Shown in pieces: positions 36,093 through 46,401 of a stretch of 64,000 nt of DNA (positions are counted from its first letter, which is position 1; each line of letters starts with the position of its first letter). Location of the stretch: positions 651,686-715,685 of the forward strand of contig CP129478.1 in NCBI GenBank assembly GCA_030583845.1. Reading direction: 5' to 3'. The notes beneath the pieces are model-generated. The model was not told the DNA's origin, ran no database searches, and saw only the letters and a program-made list of their open reading frames with translations. Made by a program: the position numbers and the translations under genes. The DNA is from Candidatus Dojkabacteria bacterium (GTDB lineage: Bacteria; Patescibacteriota; Dojkabacteria; SC72; JAHDCA01).

Positions 36093-38711
36093 TTACTCCA
36101 ATTCCATCAGCTCCTCCGCTGGAATCCCCTCATCCCAATACTCCTCGAATGTCTCCTGATAATCTTTGATCGCCTCATCATTTGATGTGCTCAAAGAATA
36201 CTCAGTCAACCCACTCTTGCCCCATGCACTGTAGTGCATATTTTGACTGCCGATTATCAACAATTCATCGTCGATAAGGGTAGACTTCGCATGCATCTTC
36301 CCACTATAAAATTTGATCTCCACATTGTCCTCAACACCTCGACGCTTCAGCTCATCGTAAAATGCTTTTAATCCAATCTTGTTCTCCATCCCGTTCATCG
36401 CACTCTTTTCGACTATTATTCTCACCTTCACATCTTCCTCATCAATGGACTCGACCAATGATTCCATCCATGGCAGGGCATTATCGAAATCACAGAAATC
36501 TTTTAGCACTATCCCAACGTCGCAGATAACCTCAAGGGAGAAATTTACATGGAAAATATCAACGCTCTCTTCAGCAGCACCTAATGCGGCAGCCACAGCA
36601 TGGTCTGCCTCTTTATACTCTTTATTTCTGAATAGTGAGAAAGAGGTTTCATCATCTTCTGTTACAGCAAATCGCTTCACCTCCTCGATGTGTCTCACCT
36701 CCGCAGGAGCGAAGTCGCATGTGTACTCCCAATAGATAGGTAGCTCTTCTCTGTAATGCGGGCAATCGATCTGAGAGGAGCCGTCCCATAGGTCGTCATA
36801 TACAACCATAGCATTTTGGGCAACCGGTCCGGTCATGTGGAGACCCATGTCTGCCATCCCTAGTCCTTTGAGTGATGGATGATTGATGGCTAGGTGCAGG
36901 TAGCTGTAGTTGAAGCCAGATGCGATCACCTCTTTGCCGTCGACTACGATAAACTTGGTGTGTCCGTGTGGCCAGGTACCATCAAAGTTGGCTACCTCAA
37001 GATTCCATCCGATCTCAGGATCGCTAAATGTGTACAGACCGGCATTATGCAGGTCTTCCAATACATTAAATATCTGTTGACCCCACTCCCGATTGTTTAC
37101 TTCTGGATAGTTGCCGAGCAAGATCTTCACATCCATCCCTTTCGGGTACTGCTCAGGATTCTCTTTCACACTATTGTAAAGGTCGGCTATGGCAGCGGCA
37201 TATACAGCTCCGGGGCTAAGCCCTTCATCGTCGGCTACCCATTCCATTGTTGTAAAGAGAACTTCATACTTTGCCTCTCTGGTTAATTTTGCCATCTCGT
37301 CATAGCTACCGTTGAGCGAGATCTGCTGCTTGCTATCTCGTGATACAGGGTTTGGGAGATAAACAATAGAATTGTAGCTGTTGCCACAGTACGGAATGAA
37401 CGAGTCAATTGTATAGAAATTCTTTTCGGTGATGGCATTGTAAAGCACCTTATCAAGTCGCGAGAGATTTCCACTATCACAGGCATAGACAGGCTGGAAA
37501 GCCCATGAAGTGGTGCCTTCTTCAACCCAACTAAGCCAGAGCCCATCTGAGTATGTGAGTTTTAGCTCCGAGATCTCATCAGCCGCGTACACCACCATCT
37601 GGTCACTCCAGGTGCCGTTGAAGGTCGCTTCATAAATAATATCTGTCCCTTCTGTGAAATTGGTACCTTCTACATCTTGTGAAATCCAAACTATGTGAAC
37701 TCCACCAGCCTCTTCATCGTACTGTGGTGTCGAAAGACAGCTTGAGTAATCGCTCTCTTCTCCATTGATAAATATAGCACCATCTATGCATTCAACATTC
37801 ATCACTGTTGGTAAACCAGGCTCGCTTCTAGTCGCCAGCGGTTCGACATCAAATTGCCAAGCAGCAAATTTTGTATCAATCTGAAGAGTCTCAGATAGAT
37901 GTGCATCCTTAATTATCAAGAATGTTGAGACTTTTGCCAGGTTTAGCACCGTGATAAGTAGCACAACAGTAATCAATACCCCAAGTGCTATCTTGCTATA
38001 GAGGGGGCGGATGATTGGTGTATTTTCTTTCTCAGAGACCATCGCGCCGCGTGAGAGAAAAATTCCACCTATTGTATAGAATACAAAAAGTGCTGCCGCG
38101 ACCAAGGCTGCCTCTGCAAGTTGCATCGACTCTCGATATGCTGCCATGGTTGCCGCCCAGAGCAACACTCCAGCCAGTCCGCCCGCGAGCAGGAACCCAC
38201 CGGTTGCATTCAAGAAGAAGCGCATCTTTTTCACCTGTCTTGAGTGGAATAGTATAAACAGGATCGAAAAAATCAGCCCATACACGCCACCCAGTAGAGC
38301 AAAGATAAAGCCCAATCGGATAGGGGTAAAGACCTCGTTGTAGTAGCCGAATGTAAGGAATAGTATTAGGAGTGGGAAAGCAGAAATTGCATTTGTGAGA
38401 GCCATAACGAGCCCAAGCTTCATTCCAGTATCCTGACCACGCAGCCTTTTATTCAGGTCGTTCAATGAATCGCCGCCAACTACTCCGATCACCAAGCCCA
38501 TCGCTCCAAACGCAAGCAGTAAGAAGATTATCCCAAACAGAAGCTTCAGAAATAGCTGCTCATCTGGGATTAGGCCTCGCAACCCGGTGAATATTCGACC
38601 CTCGACCAAAACATAGAGCAATACAACCGCAAATATTGATGCGACGCCGAAACGAATGCCGGCATACAGATATGTAGGTATGGTTAAGGCTGGTTTGTTA
38701 ATGGATTTCAA
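36093..38711 (-). CDS. polytopic membrane protein with large extracytoplasmic phospholipase D (double HKD) domain
   Basis: 872 aa. About 9 N-terminal TM helices. HKD-1 HTKFIVVDGKEVIASGFN and HKD-2 HAKSTLIDDELLIIGSQN. Confidence 0.7.
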   Translation of the reverse strand: MKSINKPALTIPTYLYAGIRFGVASIFAVVLLYVLVEGRIFTGLRGLIPDEQLFLKLLFGIIFLLLAFGAMGLVIGVVGGDSLNDLNKRLRGQDTGMKLGLVMALTNAISAFPLLILFLTFGYYNEVFTPIRLGFIFALLGGVYGLIFSILFILFHSRQVKKMRFFLNATGGFLLAGGLAGVLLWAATMAAYRESMQLAEAALVAAALFVFYTIGGIFLSRGAMVSEKENTPIIRPLYSKIALGVLITVVLLITVLNLAKVSTFLIIKDAHLSETLQIDTKFAAWQFDVEPLATRSEPGLPTVMNVECIDGAIFINGEESDYSSCLSTPQYDEEAGGVHIVWISQDVEGTNFTEGTDIIYEATFNGTWSDQMVVYAADEISELKLTYSDGLWLSWVEEGTTSWAFQPVYACDSGNLSRLDKVLYNAITEKNFYTIDSFIPYCGNSYNSIVYLPNPVSRDSKQQISLNGSYDEMAKLTREAKYEVLFTTMEWVADDEGLSPGAVYAAAIADLYNSVKENPEQYPKGMDVKILLGNYPEVNNREWGQQIFNVLEDLHNAGLYTFSDPEIGWNLEVANFDGTWPHGHTKFIVVDGKEVIASGFNYSYLHLAINHPSLKGLGMADMGLHMTGPVAQNAMVVYDDLWDGSSQIDCPHYREELPIYWEYTCDFAPAEVRHIEEVKRFAVTEDDETSFSLFRNKEYKEADHAVAAALGAAEESVDIFHVNFSLEVICDVGIVLKDFCDFDNALPWMESLVESIDEEDVKVRIIVEKSAMNGMENKIGLKAFYDELKRRGVEDNVEIKFYSGKMHAKSTLIDDELLIIGSQNMHYSAWGKSGLTEYSLSTSNDEAIKDYQETFEEYWDEGIPAEELMELE

Positions 38712-38941
38712 AATAGTGCTTTAGTTAGAAATAATTTACCCAATTATACTCCGAACGATCTTGCTATTGAACTAGTGGCATGGCTGTCAGCTACAAAACG
38801 GCGGGACTTTTGCGATGGGCTAAGCCTATAGATATAGCTCTTTTATGTGGTCACAAGCTGTTGTGATGTGTACTTTCGCTAGTTTGCTGCTATAATCAAG
38901 GTAATTTCAAATATTTATTTAACTTATCAAAACATAATCCA

Positions 38942-39565
38942 ATGACCTTGTGGAGTATTTTTCTAGGCATTCTCCTCGTCTTCGGAGGGGTGTTTTATGC
39001 CTACTTCGGGATAAGAGTATTTAAGCTCTTTCTCCCTATACTTGCCCTTTTTGCCGGAATCCAGATGGGTATGTATCTGGGTGATGAAGCCGGATTCGGG
39101 TCGGTATTTCAGTTTATCTTGGCAGCTGTTCTAGGATTGGGGCTCGCGCTCGCCTGTTTCTTCATATGGAAGGCAGCAGTTGTAATCGCATTCCTGATCT
39201 TGGGCTACTCGATAGCTATATTCCTCCTTAGCTTGCTCGGGTGGAACACACCTGTGTTATTTATGGTGTTAGCAATTGCATCAGCCGTAGTATTCGGCGC
39301 TTTTGCGATCATGGGAAATCTATGGAACTATCTAGTCGTTGTGGTGACGGCATTTCAAGGAGCGGCGTTGGCTGTGCTTGGAGTATTGGCAATCTTTGAC
39401 AAGGATTTCTTGGTTTATCTACCACACCTCATCCCGAGGGATATTTTCAGCGATATGAACCCTATTGTTACGATCTTGTTAGTCGTGGCACTCGCGGTTA
39501 TTGCGATGACTGGGATGCTATTCCAGGTTCAGGCAAACCCTGAGTTTGAGAGAATGGAATATTAA
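38942..39565 (+). CDS. hypothetical membrane protein (6 TM)
   Basis: 207 aa. Followed by a perfect 12-bp hairpin GAAATCCTCTCA/TGAGAGGATTTC at 39612-39640. Confidence 0.4.
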   Translation: MTLWSIFLGILLVFGGVFYAYFGIRVFKLFLPILALFAGIQMGMYLGDEAGFGSVFQFILAAVLGLGLALACFFIWKAAVVIAFLILGYSIAIFLLSLLGWNTPVLFMVLAIASAVVFGAFAIMGNLWNYLVVVVTAFQGAALAVLGVLAIFDKDFLVYLPHLIPRDIFSDMNPIVTILLVVALAVIAMTGMLFQVQANPEFERMEY

Positions 39566-39751
39566 TCCATATACCTCATAAGGTTACAATCTATCTATTA
39601 AGATTGATCGGAAATCCTCTCATCAACTGAGAGGATTTCCTCTTATAGAATACAGTCCAATGTGCGATGCTATCTTATAGCTCCATGATCGCAATGAATC
39701 GGATATAATTTCCGATTAAATAGTGAAATAACTTAATGAAAAATTTAATAA

Positions 39752-40780
39752 ATGGCCTCCGCTAACAGCCTCACGCTTCTCAACAAGCTCGAGAAATCTT
39801 CAGACCGATTACATCATATTCATGATGCCGCACATCCTGCATTTGTCCCAAGGTACGCAGTCGATAAGATTGACCAGCTAAGATCGATGCAGATATTGCC
39901 ACAGGACGGCCAGTTTGTAATTGTAAATACACATGGAGAGTTGGCGATCGAGATCTCTCCACAGAGCGAACAGGAGTTCATTAATCTTGTAGATATAGTC
40001 TTTGACAATGGCCTCGCTCTTCGCGACGGGAAGAAAATTGTCAAAGAAGATGAGATCGAGACAATTGATTTCTATGTCCTAAATAGTGAGCTGCAGATTT
40101 CTGAGAGACTTAGATGCTATTTCCAGAATGGGAAGTATTCTGCCAATCGTATAATAGTCGCCGACCTTGGCGATCGGGATAATATCTCTTGGACCAGTGA
40201 GAACTACCAAGTCACAGTCCGATCAGAGTGTGTATTTGTTCTGCGCGAATCGAGCACAGGGGATAAATTGAAAAGCTTTGAGAAAAATTGGAAAGAGTTC
40301 TTTGGTCGCAATCGTGAAATTACCCATGTTGTGTACAAAAAATTGAACCGTGGAAATTTCGGAGAGTCGTTCATCTGGGATCACCGAAATGCCTACAGCA
40401 AGAGCGGAGATATGAAAGTTGATCTCACTAGCTCTCGCAATATATTGGGAATGGGAGACTTTATCTCATTCTCGGGTCAGAGAGTGTTAAAGCATCATTT
40501 CCCAATGAAGATGGCGTATGAACAGTTTGCAGACTTGGGCGAGGTGTTGAAAAGATCAAGTATATCTCCACTTAAGTTTTATCAGTACCTCTCAAAAGAG
40601 GATAGAAATCAAACTTTTAGGATTGAGGTAGAGGCCAGGGGAAGGCGCGCGAGACTGGAGACAGCACATATTGCTAAACAGCTACTGGATAATGAGGGGA
40701 TGCTGCGGAATGCAAACATCGACTTCACAGTAACTAAAGACAGAAAGATCAGCTCTAGGCAGTTTGGAGCAGAGGGCTAA
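39752..40780 (+). CDS. hypothetical cytosolic protein
   Basis: 342 aa, no recognisable motif. Confidence 0.3.
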   Translation: MASANSLTLLNKLEKSSDRLHHIHDAAHPAFVPRYAVDKIDQLRSMQILPQDGQFVIVNTHGELAIEISPQSEQEFINLVDIVFDNGLALRDGKKIVKEDEIETIDFYVLNSELQISERLRCYFQNGKYSANRIIVADLGDRDNISWTSENYQVTVRSECVFVLRESSTGDKLKSFEKNWKEFFGRNREITHVVYKKLNRGNFGESFIWDHRNAYSKSGDMKVDLTSSRNILGMGDFISFSGQRVLKHHFPMKMAYEQFADLGEVLKRSSISPLKFYQYLSKEDRNQTFRIEVEARGRRARLETAHIAKQLLDNEGMLRNANIDFTVTKDRKISSRQFGAEG

Positions 40781-40794
40781 TTTCTAGGGCTATG

Positions 40795-41226
40795 CTAGCC
40801 CGAGTTATCCGAAGTCGCTTCGACCACAACGAGGTTGATCGAGGCATTGGGAGACGCCACAAAATCCTCTTTATAGGTGACATCCTGAATTACCTGTACG
40901 CAGGCGATCTCGTTTTCCGGTGGCAGTATCTCAACTTGGATTGTCACCTGTTCTGGGTAGCTCTCGGCGATAAGCTCTGTAACCGTAAAGCTGTGGCATG
41001 GGTCGGGTAGATAGCCAGTTAATGTGTACTCCCATTTATCTTCGATATATCTTGCCTCGAGAGCAAACTGATCGTCCTCGTCGGTAAAGACCTTCACTTC
41101 GCTATCACTATTTCCATTTACATCATTGGCACTGTCGGTGGTAATGACAAAGAGAGTCAGCCCGCCAACGGCGGTAAAGAGAAGTATAAGGATCAGACCT
41201 AGTAGATACCTTGGTCGCATACTCAA
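40795..41226 (-). CDS. small secreted/membrane-anchored protein
   Basis: 143 aa, N-terminal TM/signal helix, acidic mature part. Confidence 0.35.
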   Translation of the reverse strand: MSMRPRYLLGLILILLFTAVGGLTLFVITTDSANDVNGNSDSEVKVFTDEDDQFALEARYIEDKWEYTLTGYLPDPCHSFTVTELIAESYPEQVTIQVEILPPENEIACVQVIQDVTYKEDFVASPNASINLVVVEATSDNSG

Positions 41227-41397
41227 AGATAGCTGAATTTAATCCCTTTGTCCCCACTTAATATATTAATCGAATTTCTATCTAATTCATAACAGTGTGT
41301 TATCGGCCTGTAACTGAAACTATCTGAGCTAGGCAATTTGGGGCAGTGAAGCTACTGTATATGTTATATTGTAGGTATAAGTTGAAAGCCTTGTCAA

Positions 41398-42708
41398 ATG
41401 AAGAAACCGTTCTATCGCAACACACTGCTAGCCAAATGTCTTGTAATATTTATTGCCTCATTCCCTGCAATTGTATTTCTGATAACCCAGCCCTGGATCT
41501 GGGAGGTGAAATCGGCATACGTGTATGTTGGAAATATTGGCAAACTGTTTGGACTTATGGGTATCGGATTTTTTGCGACGAATTTATTGCTTTCAGGCAG
41601 ATATAGGTTTATGGATACAATTTTTGATGGCTTAGATAAGCTGTATCTTTTCCATCGAAAGGTCGGAGAAACAGCTTTTCTGCTGCTTTCGGCGCATGTA
41701 CTTTTCATAACCAGCCGCAATATCTTTATTTCTCAGCAATTTTATCTTTCCGAGCTTATGAATCTCTCCGATATTCCTCAAAATATCGGGAAGCTTACTT
41801 ATACAGGCTTATTAATAATCATTGGCCTCACACTTTTCTGGAAAGGCAAGTATGAAATCGTGAAAACCGTTCATAAGTTCTTGGGTTTTTTGCTCTTCTT
41901 CGGAGGACTTCATGCATTTACAATGAAAACCGATGTTTATACTAACCCTTACCTGCAATTTACTGTATTTACACTGGTAACAGTTGCATTGATAAGCTAT
42001 ATATTCAGGACTCTCTTAGAGCGCTTCTTCGTCAAGAAGTATAAAGGCGAGGTAGTGGCAGTAGATCCTGTTGGGCAGACGGTTAATCAGGTCTCGGTTA
42101 AATTGAATGGCAAGAAATTTGACCATATGCCAGGCCAATTCTCCTGGATTCGGTTTGTTGGCTCGAATCTGCCCGATGAGAAGCATCCATTTACTATCTC
42201 TTCGGGGAATAATGAAGAGCTGCTCAGATACTCGATCAAGCAATCTGGAGACTTCACTGGTGAGGTTGGAGGGCTCAATGTAGGCTCGCAGATAGTCGTA
42301 GAAGGGCCTTACGGTGGGTTTACCAATTTCTATGATAGTGGTAATCAGGTGTGGGTGGCTGGTGGCATTGGGATCACGCCATTTATGAGCATGATTCGGA
42401 GTATTGATCAGGCAGGTGGAGATTTCCTAGGGAAGATTAAGCTGTTGTTCACCTACCGAGGTGAGGAAGATAAGGTCTTTATCGACGAGCTGTCCGGGTA
42501 TGCAAATAAATATGACTGGTTTGAGGTAGTTCTCTGCGACACTGAAGAGCGTGAGCGTCTTAAGATAGAGGAGATTTATCTTGATTCAAACCGCAACTAT
42601 TACATATGCGGCCCCTCTAAGATGATCAAAGGGATCGCCCGAGAGCTGAAGGCGAAAGGTGTAAAGCAATCCAACATTCATTATGAGCTGTTCATTCTGT
42701 ATCGGTAG
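41398..42708 (+). CDS. ferric-reductase/NOX-like transmembrane flavoprotein (heme-binding TM domain + FAD + NAD(P)H domains)
   Basis: 436 aa. 6 TM with paired His in helices. HPFTISS (FAD-binding) and GGIGITPF (NAD-binding). C-terminal CGPSKM. Confidence 0.75.
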   Translation: MKKPFYRNTLLAKCLVIFIASFPAIVFLITQPWIWEVKSAYVYVGNIGKLFGLMGIGFFATNLLLSGRYRFMDTIFDGLDKLYLFHRKVGETAFLLLSAHVLFITSRNIFISQQFYLSELMNLSDIPQNIGKLTYTGLLIIIGLTLFWKGKYEIVKTVHKFLGFLLFFGGLHAFTMKTDVYTNPYLQFTVFTLVTVALISYIFRTLLERFFVKKYKGEVVAVDPVGQTVNQVSVKLNGKKFDHMPGQFSWIRFVGSNLPDEKHPFTISSGNNEELLRYSIKQSGDFTGEVGGLNVGSQIVVEGPYGGFTNFYDSGNQVWVAGGIGITPFMSMIRSIDQAGGDFLGKIKLLFTYRGEEDKVFIDELSGYANKYDWFEVVLCDTEERERLKIEEIYLDSNRNYYICGPSKMIKGIARELKAKGVKQSNIHYELFILYR

Positions 42709-42912
42709 TTAGATTTATACTAATTTCCATCGCTAAATGGTTTTGAACTCCGCCTATAGTGTCGATAATAATGCTGTGTCAACTATAAAATGCCTTAGCC
42801 AAAGCAAAACCTTGTGGAAATATTTGGCGACAACTCCCGACACAGCCCTTGACATTACGGATTGGTTAAGTGTAATTTGTATTAATTAATCTAAGTATAT
42901 ATTTAACCCTAT

Positions 42913-43356
42913 ATGGTTTCAGCAAAGAAATATGAAGGTTTCACATTGATTGAAATCCTCGTAGTCGTAGGTCTTATCGCGATCTTGGCAGCGATCACAT
43001 TCATCGCTATCAACCCTGGTAAGAACTTCGCAGATACACGAAATACGACAAGGCAGTCTGATGCCACAGCAATCCTAAACGCTGTAACTCAGTATACATC
43101 TGAGGAAGGTAATCAGCTTTCTGACCTTGGTACAATTCCTCTTTGTACTGCAACACCTTCACCTATTGGAGATGGTACCGGTAACGTAGACCTCGCAGCT
43201 ACATTGGTTGATGAGTACATCGTAGGTATTCCTGTAGACCCACAGACAGGTGATGATGCAGATACTGGTTACACAATCTGCCAGACAACTGGTGGTCGTG
43301 TACAGATCGATGCTCCTGATGCTGAGAACGGAAAAGTAATCAGCGTAAAGAGATAA
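42913..43356 (+). CDS. type IV pilin (major pilin candidate)
   Basis: 147 aa. Prepilin leader KKYEG|FTLIEILVVVGLIAILAA, C-terminal Cys pair. A strong terminator follows. Confidence 0.85.
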   Translation: MVSAKKYEGFTLIEILVVVGLIAILAAITFIAINPGKNFADTRNTTRQSDATAILNAVTQYTSEEGNQLSDLGTIPLCTATPSPIGDGTGNVDLAATLVDEYIVGIPVDPQTGDDADTGYTICQTTGGRVQIDAPDAENGKVISVKR

Positions 43357-43381
43357 AAGGTTTACATTCGTAAGCTAATAA

Positions 43382-43428
43382 CCCCGCCCTCCTTCGCTCT
43401 ACGAGCTACGGAGGGCGGGTTCTATTTA
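43382..43428 (+). terminator. Rho-independent terminator after the pilin gene
   Basis: Stem CCCGCCCTCC(43382-43391)...GGAGGGCGGG(43409-43418) then TTCTATTT. Confidence 0.7.
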
Positions 43429-43487
43429 ATTGGCGGATCTCTTTATAGGACAAGCACTAATCAACTTGAGTTATGGTACACTGAAGC

Positions 43488-45140
43488 ATGGCTAATACCG
43501 ATCAGAGCCAAACACAACCTGCCCAAACGGCTGTTCCTCAGCCGCAAACCGATCCAGCAGCTACTCAAGCCGATCAAGTCGTTGATCAAAGCGCAGTTGC
43601 TACTTCAGTCGTTCCAGAGCCCTCAGCTGCTACATTGCCATCGACCGATACGAGCGAAGAAGAAGCCGTTATCAGTGCCGAAGTAGCTGCACAGCCAGTG
43701 GCCGAACTCTCAGCGCCTGCAGAACCGATCGCTATAGCAGCAGATCCAGCCCCGGATCAGGCGGCAGCACCTGCGGCATCAACTCCTCCAGCCCCGACAC
43801 CAGAGCCACAGCCAACTGATGAGCCTGCGGCAACGACAACCGATACAGCAGCCCAAGCTACTCAAGCCACTCCTGCATCTGGACAAGCCCCAATGCCACC
43901 AAGCGACAATCGTAAGTATGACGAAGTTATCGATCACCTCGTCGATACAGATGGTGGATTAGATGTAGGAACGCTCTTAGAGCAGATCGTTAAGAAAGCT
44001 CTCGAAGAAAAATCATCGGACATCCATATCGAGCCGCGTGAAGATGATGTTGTAGTTCGATTCCGCGTTGATGGTCTGCTTAGAGAGGTAATGACGATTG
44101 ATAAAAAGCTAGAGCAGGCATTGGTGTTCAAGATTAAAGTGGCATCGAGGCTGAGAACCGACGAGCATTTCGCACCTCAAGACGGTAAGATCCGCTTCCT
44201 TTTTGAGGATCTGAAGGTCGACACCCGTGTATCTATTCTTCCTACAACAAAAGGCGAGAAGGTTGTGTTTCGTCTGCTTACCCAGCAAGGGAAGGCGTTC
44301 GGACTTGAGGATCTTGGCGTCGTTGGCCGGGATCTTGAGCTGGTTCAGAAAAGCTTTACCAAGCCTTACGGCATGATCATCGCGGCTGGGCCTACCGGAT
44401 CAGGCAAGACGACCACACTGTATAGCATCTTGAAGATCCTCAACGATCCGGAGATCAATATCACAACGATTGAAGATCCGGTTGAGTATGACATCGATGG
44501 AATCAACCATGTGCAGGTCAACAGCAAGGCAAATATGACTTTCGCCACGGGATTGAGGTCTCTCCTGAGGCAAGACCCTGATGTGCTTATGATCGGTGAG
44601 ATCCGTGACGGTGAGACAGCCCGTATTGCGATAAACTCAGCTATGACAGGTCACTTAGTGCTCTCTACGATTCACACCAATGACGCTATCACCACAGTAC
44701 CGCGTCTGGTGGATATGGGAATTGAGCCATATCTGGTGGCATCAACAATAAATGTTGTGATTGCGCAAAGGTTGGCTCGTAAGTTGTGCGAATCATGTAG
44801 AGCGCAGACAACTATGTCTCCAGAAGAGCATGCCGAGTTGGCCAAGATCCGACCCGATATTGCCGCATTGATAAAGCCCGGTGAGCCTCATTTCAAGGCG
44901 GGGTCGTGCGCTGCGTGCGGTGGAGTAGGCTATAAAGGCCGTATCGGTCTGTACGAAATATTGGAAATGAATAAGCCAGTGCGTGACCAGGTGAACAGCG
45001 GCGCGTCGGCCGATGAGATATTCAAAACCGCGAGAGAATCAGGCTTGACGTTGATTGTAGAAGATGGGATAAAGAAGGTGAAACTCGGGATTATTAGCAT
45101 TGATGAGTTGCAACGTGTGACCGCAATACGAGAGGAGTAG
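43488..45140 (+). CDS. pilB: type IV pilus assembly ATPase PilB (GspE family) with ~135-aa Pro/Ala/Thr-rich disordered N-terminal extension
   Basis: 550 aa. Walker A GPTGSGKTTT, Asp box, His box, tetracysteine CESC...CAAC. Confidence 0.9.
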   Translation: MANTDQSQTQPAQTAVPQPQTDPAATQADQVVDQSAVATSVVPEPSAATLPSTDTSEEEAVISAEVAAQPVAELSAPAEPIAIAADPAPDQAAAPAASTPPAPTPEPQPTDEPAATTTDTAAQATQATPASGQAPMPPSDNRKYDEVIDHLVDTDGGLDVGTLLEQIVKKALEEKSSDIHIEPREDDVVVRFRVDGLLREVMTIDKKLEQALVFKIKVASRLRTDEHFAPQDGKIRFLFEDLKVDTRVSILPTTKGEKVVFRLLTQQGKAFGLEDLGVVGRDLELVQKSFTKPYGMIIAAGPTGSGKTTTLYSILKILNDPEINITTIEDPVEYDIDGINHVQVNSKANMTFATGLRSLLRQDPDVLMIGEIRDGETARIAINSAMTGHLVLSTIHTNDAITTVPRLVDMGIEPYLVASTINVVIAQRLARKLCESCRAQTTMSPEEHAELAKIRPDIAALIKPGEPHFKAGSCAACGGVGYKGRIGLYEILEMNKPVRDQVNSGASADEIFKTARESGLTLIVEDGIKKVKLGIISIDELQRVTAIREE

Positions 45141-45214
45141 TGACAGCTCTCCGAATATTCGATAGTTGAATCCAAAGGCTTTCCCGAGCAGATTAAAATC
45201 ACTGTCCATTCCGA

Positions 45215-46351
45215 ATGCCTGAAAAGGTAGCTCAAAGTGCAAATCCGAAAAGTAGCAATGCGCCAAGCACTCAGGAAAAGAAACAAGGAAAACCATCGAC
45301 TAAGCCGATCGGTAGGGTAAATCCTCTTGATGTAGCGCTTTCAATTAGACATATCTCGATCATGCTCAAGTCTGGTATGTCGCTTTCAGAAGCACTCAAT
45401 GTTGTTGCGTCACAGACCGCCAATCCGAAGCTTAAGCGTGCTTATGAGCTCGTCCTTGCCGACGTACAGGGTGGTATGACCGTCGCAGATGCGATGAAGA
45501 AGCACCCAAAAGCCTTTTCACACATCGTCGTGTCGGTAATTAGCGTAGGCGAAGAGGGTGGTACATTGGAGCAGAACCTGATCTTCCTCGCAGACTTCTT
45601 GAAGAAAAATCACGACCTTAACAAGAAGGTTAAAGGCGCTCTAGTGTATCCGGTCATCGTTTTCGCCATTACTGTGATAGAGATGGTAGGTGTGATGTTT
45701 TTCATCTTGCCTAAGCTTGAAGAGCTATTTGAGTCATTCACCGGAATCCCGCCATTTACACTCTTTATCCTAAACATGTCGAAGTTTATTCGAGAAAATA
45801 TCTTCCTGATTATAGGGGTAACTGTTGTTGTCGTAGTGGCCAGTGTGCTTCTGCTTAGAACCAAGGCGGGAATCCGCTTCAAGGATCGATTTATGTTGAA
45901 ATTTCCAATTATCAAGGAGCTCAACAAGAAGCATATAATCACCAACTTCTCGCGTACCCTAGGCATCTTGCTCCACAGCGGTATACCTATCTCTTCGGCT
46001 TTGGAGATTGCTTCAAGGACTGTCGAGAATAGCGTTTACACAGGGATGCTTGTGCAGGTACACCAGTCGGTGAAGTCTGGAAACACTCTCTCCTCCTCTT
46101 TAGAAAAATTCCCAGTATATTTCCCGAGTACTTTCACTAAGATGATCCAGATAGGTGAGGAGACCGGCACCCTTGAAGACAACTTGAATTATCTTTACGA
46201 CTTCTATGCTGAAGAGGTGACTGACATGAGCAACAACCTTGCAACCCTGCTTGAGCCGCTTCTCCTAGTATTTATCGGGATAATGATCGGCGTGCTTGCA
46301 ATCATGATTGTAGGTCCGATCTATCAGCTGACGGGAAGTATCAATAATTAA
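45215..46351 (+). CDS. pilC: type IV pilus platform protein PilC (GspF family)
   Basis: 378 aa. Two GspF repeats, 3 TM. Confidence 0.85.
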   Translation: MPEKVAQSANPKSSNAPSTQEKKQGKPSTKPIGRVNPLDVALSIRHISIMLKSGMSLSEALNVVASQTANPKLKRAYELVLADVQGGMTVADAMKKHPKAFSHIVVSVISVGEEGGTLEQNLIFLADFLKKNHDLNKKVKGALVYPVIVFAITVIEMVGVMFFILPKLEELFESFTGIPPFTLFILNMSKFIRENIFLIIGVTVVVVVASVLLLRTKAGIRFKDRFMLKFPIIKELNKKHIITNFSRTLGILLHSGIPISSALEIASRTVENSVYTGMLVQVHQSVKSGNTLSSSLEKFPVYFPSTFTKMIQIGEETGTLEDNLNYLYDFYAEEVTDMSNNLATLLEPLLLVFIGIMIGVLAIMIVGPIYQLTGSINN

Positions 46352-46401
46352 TGATTTTTTGATGTCTGTGGGGATCACGCATAAATTTATAAGGCAGATC
46401 C

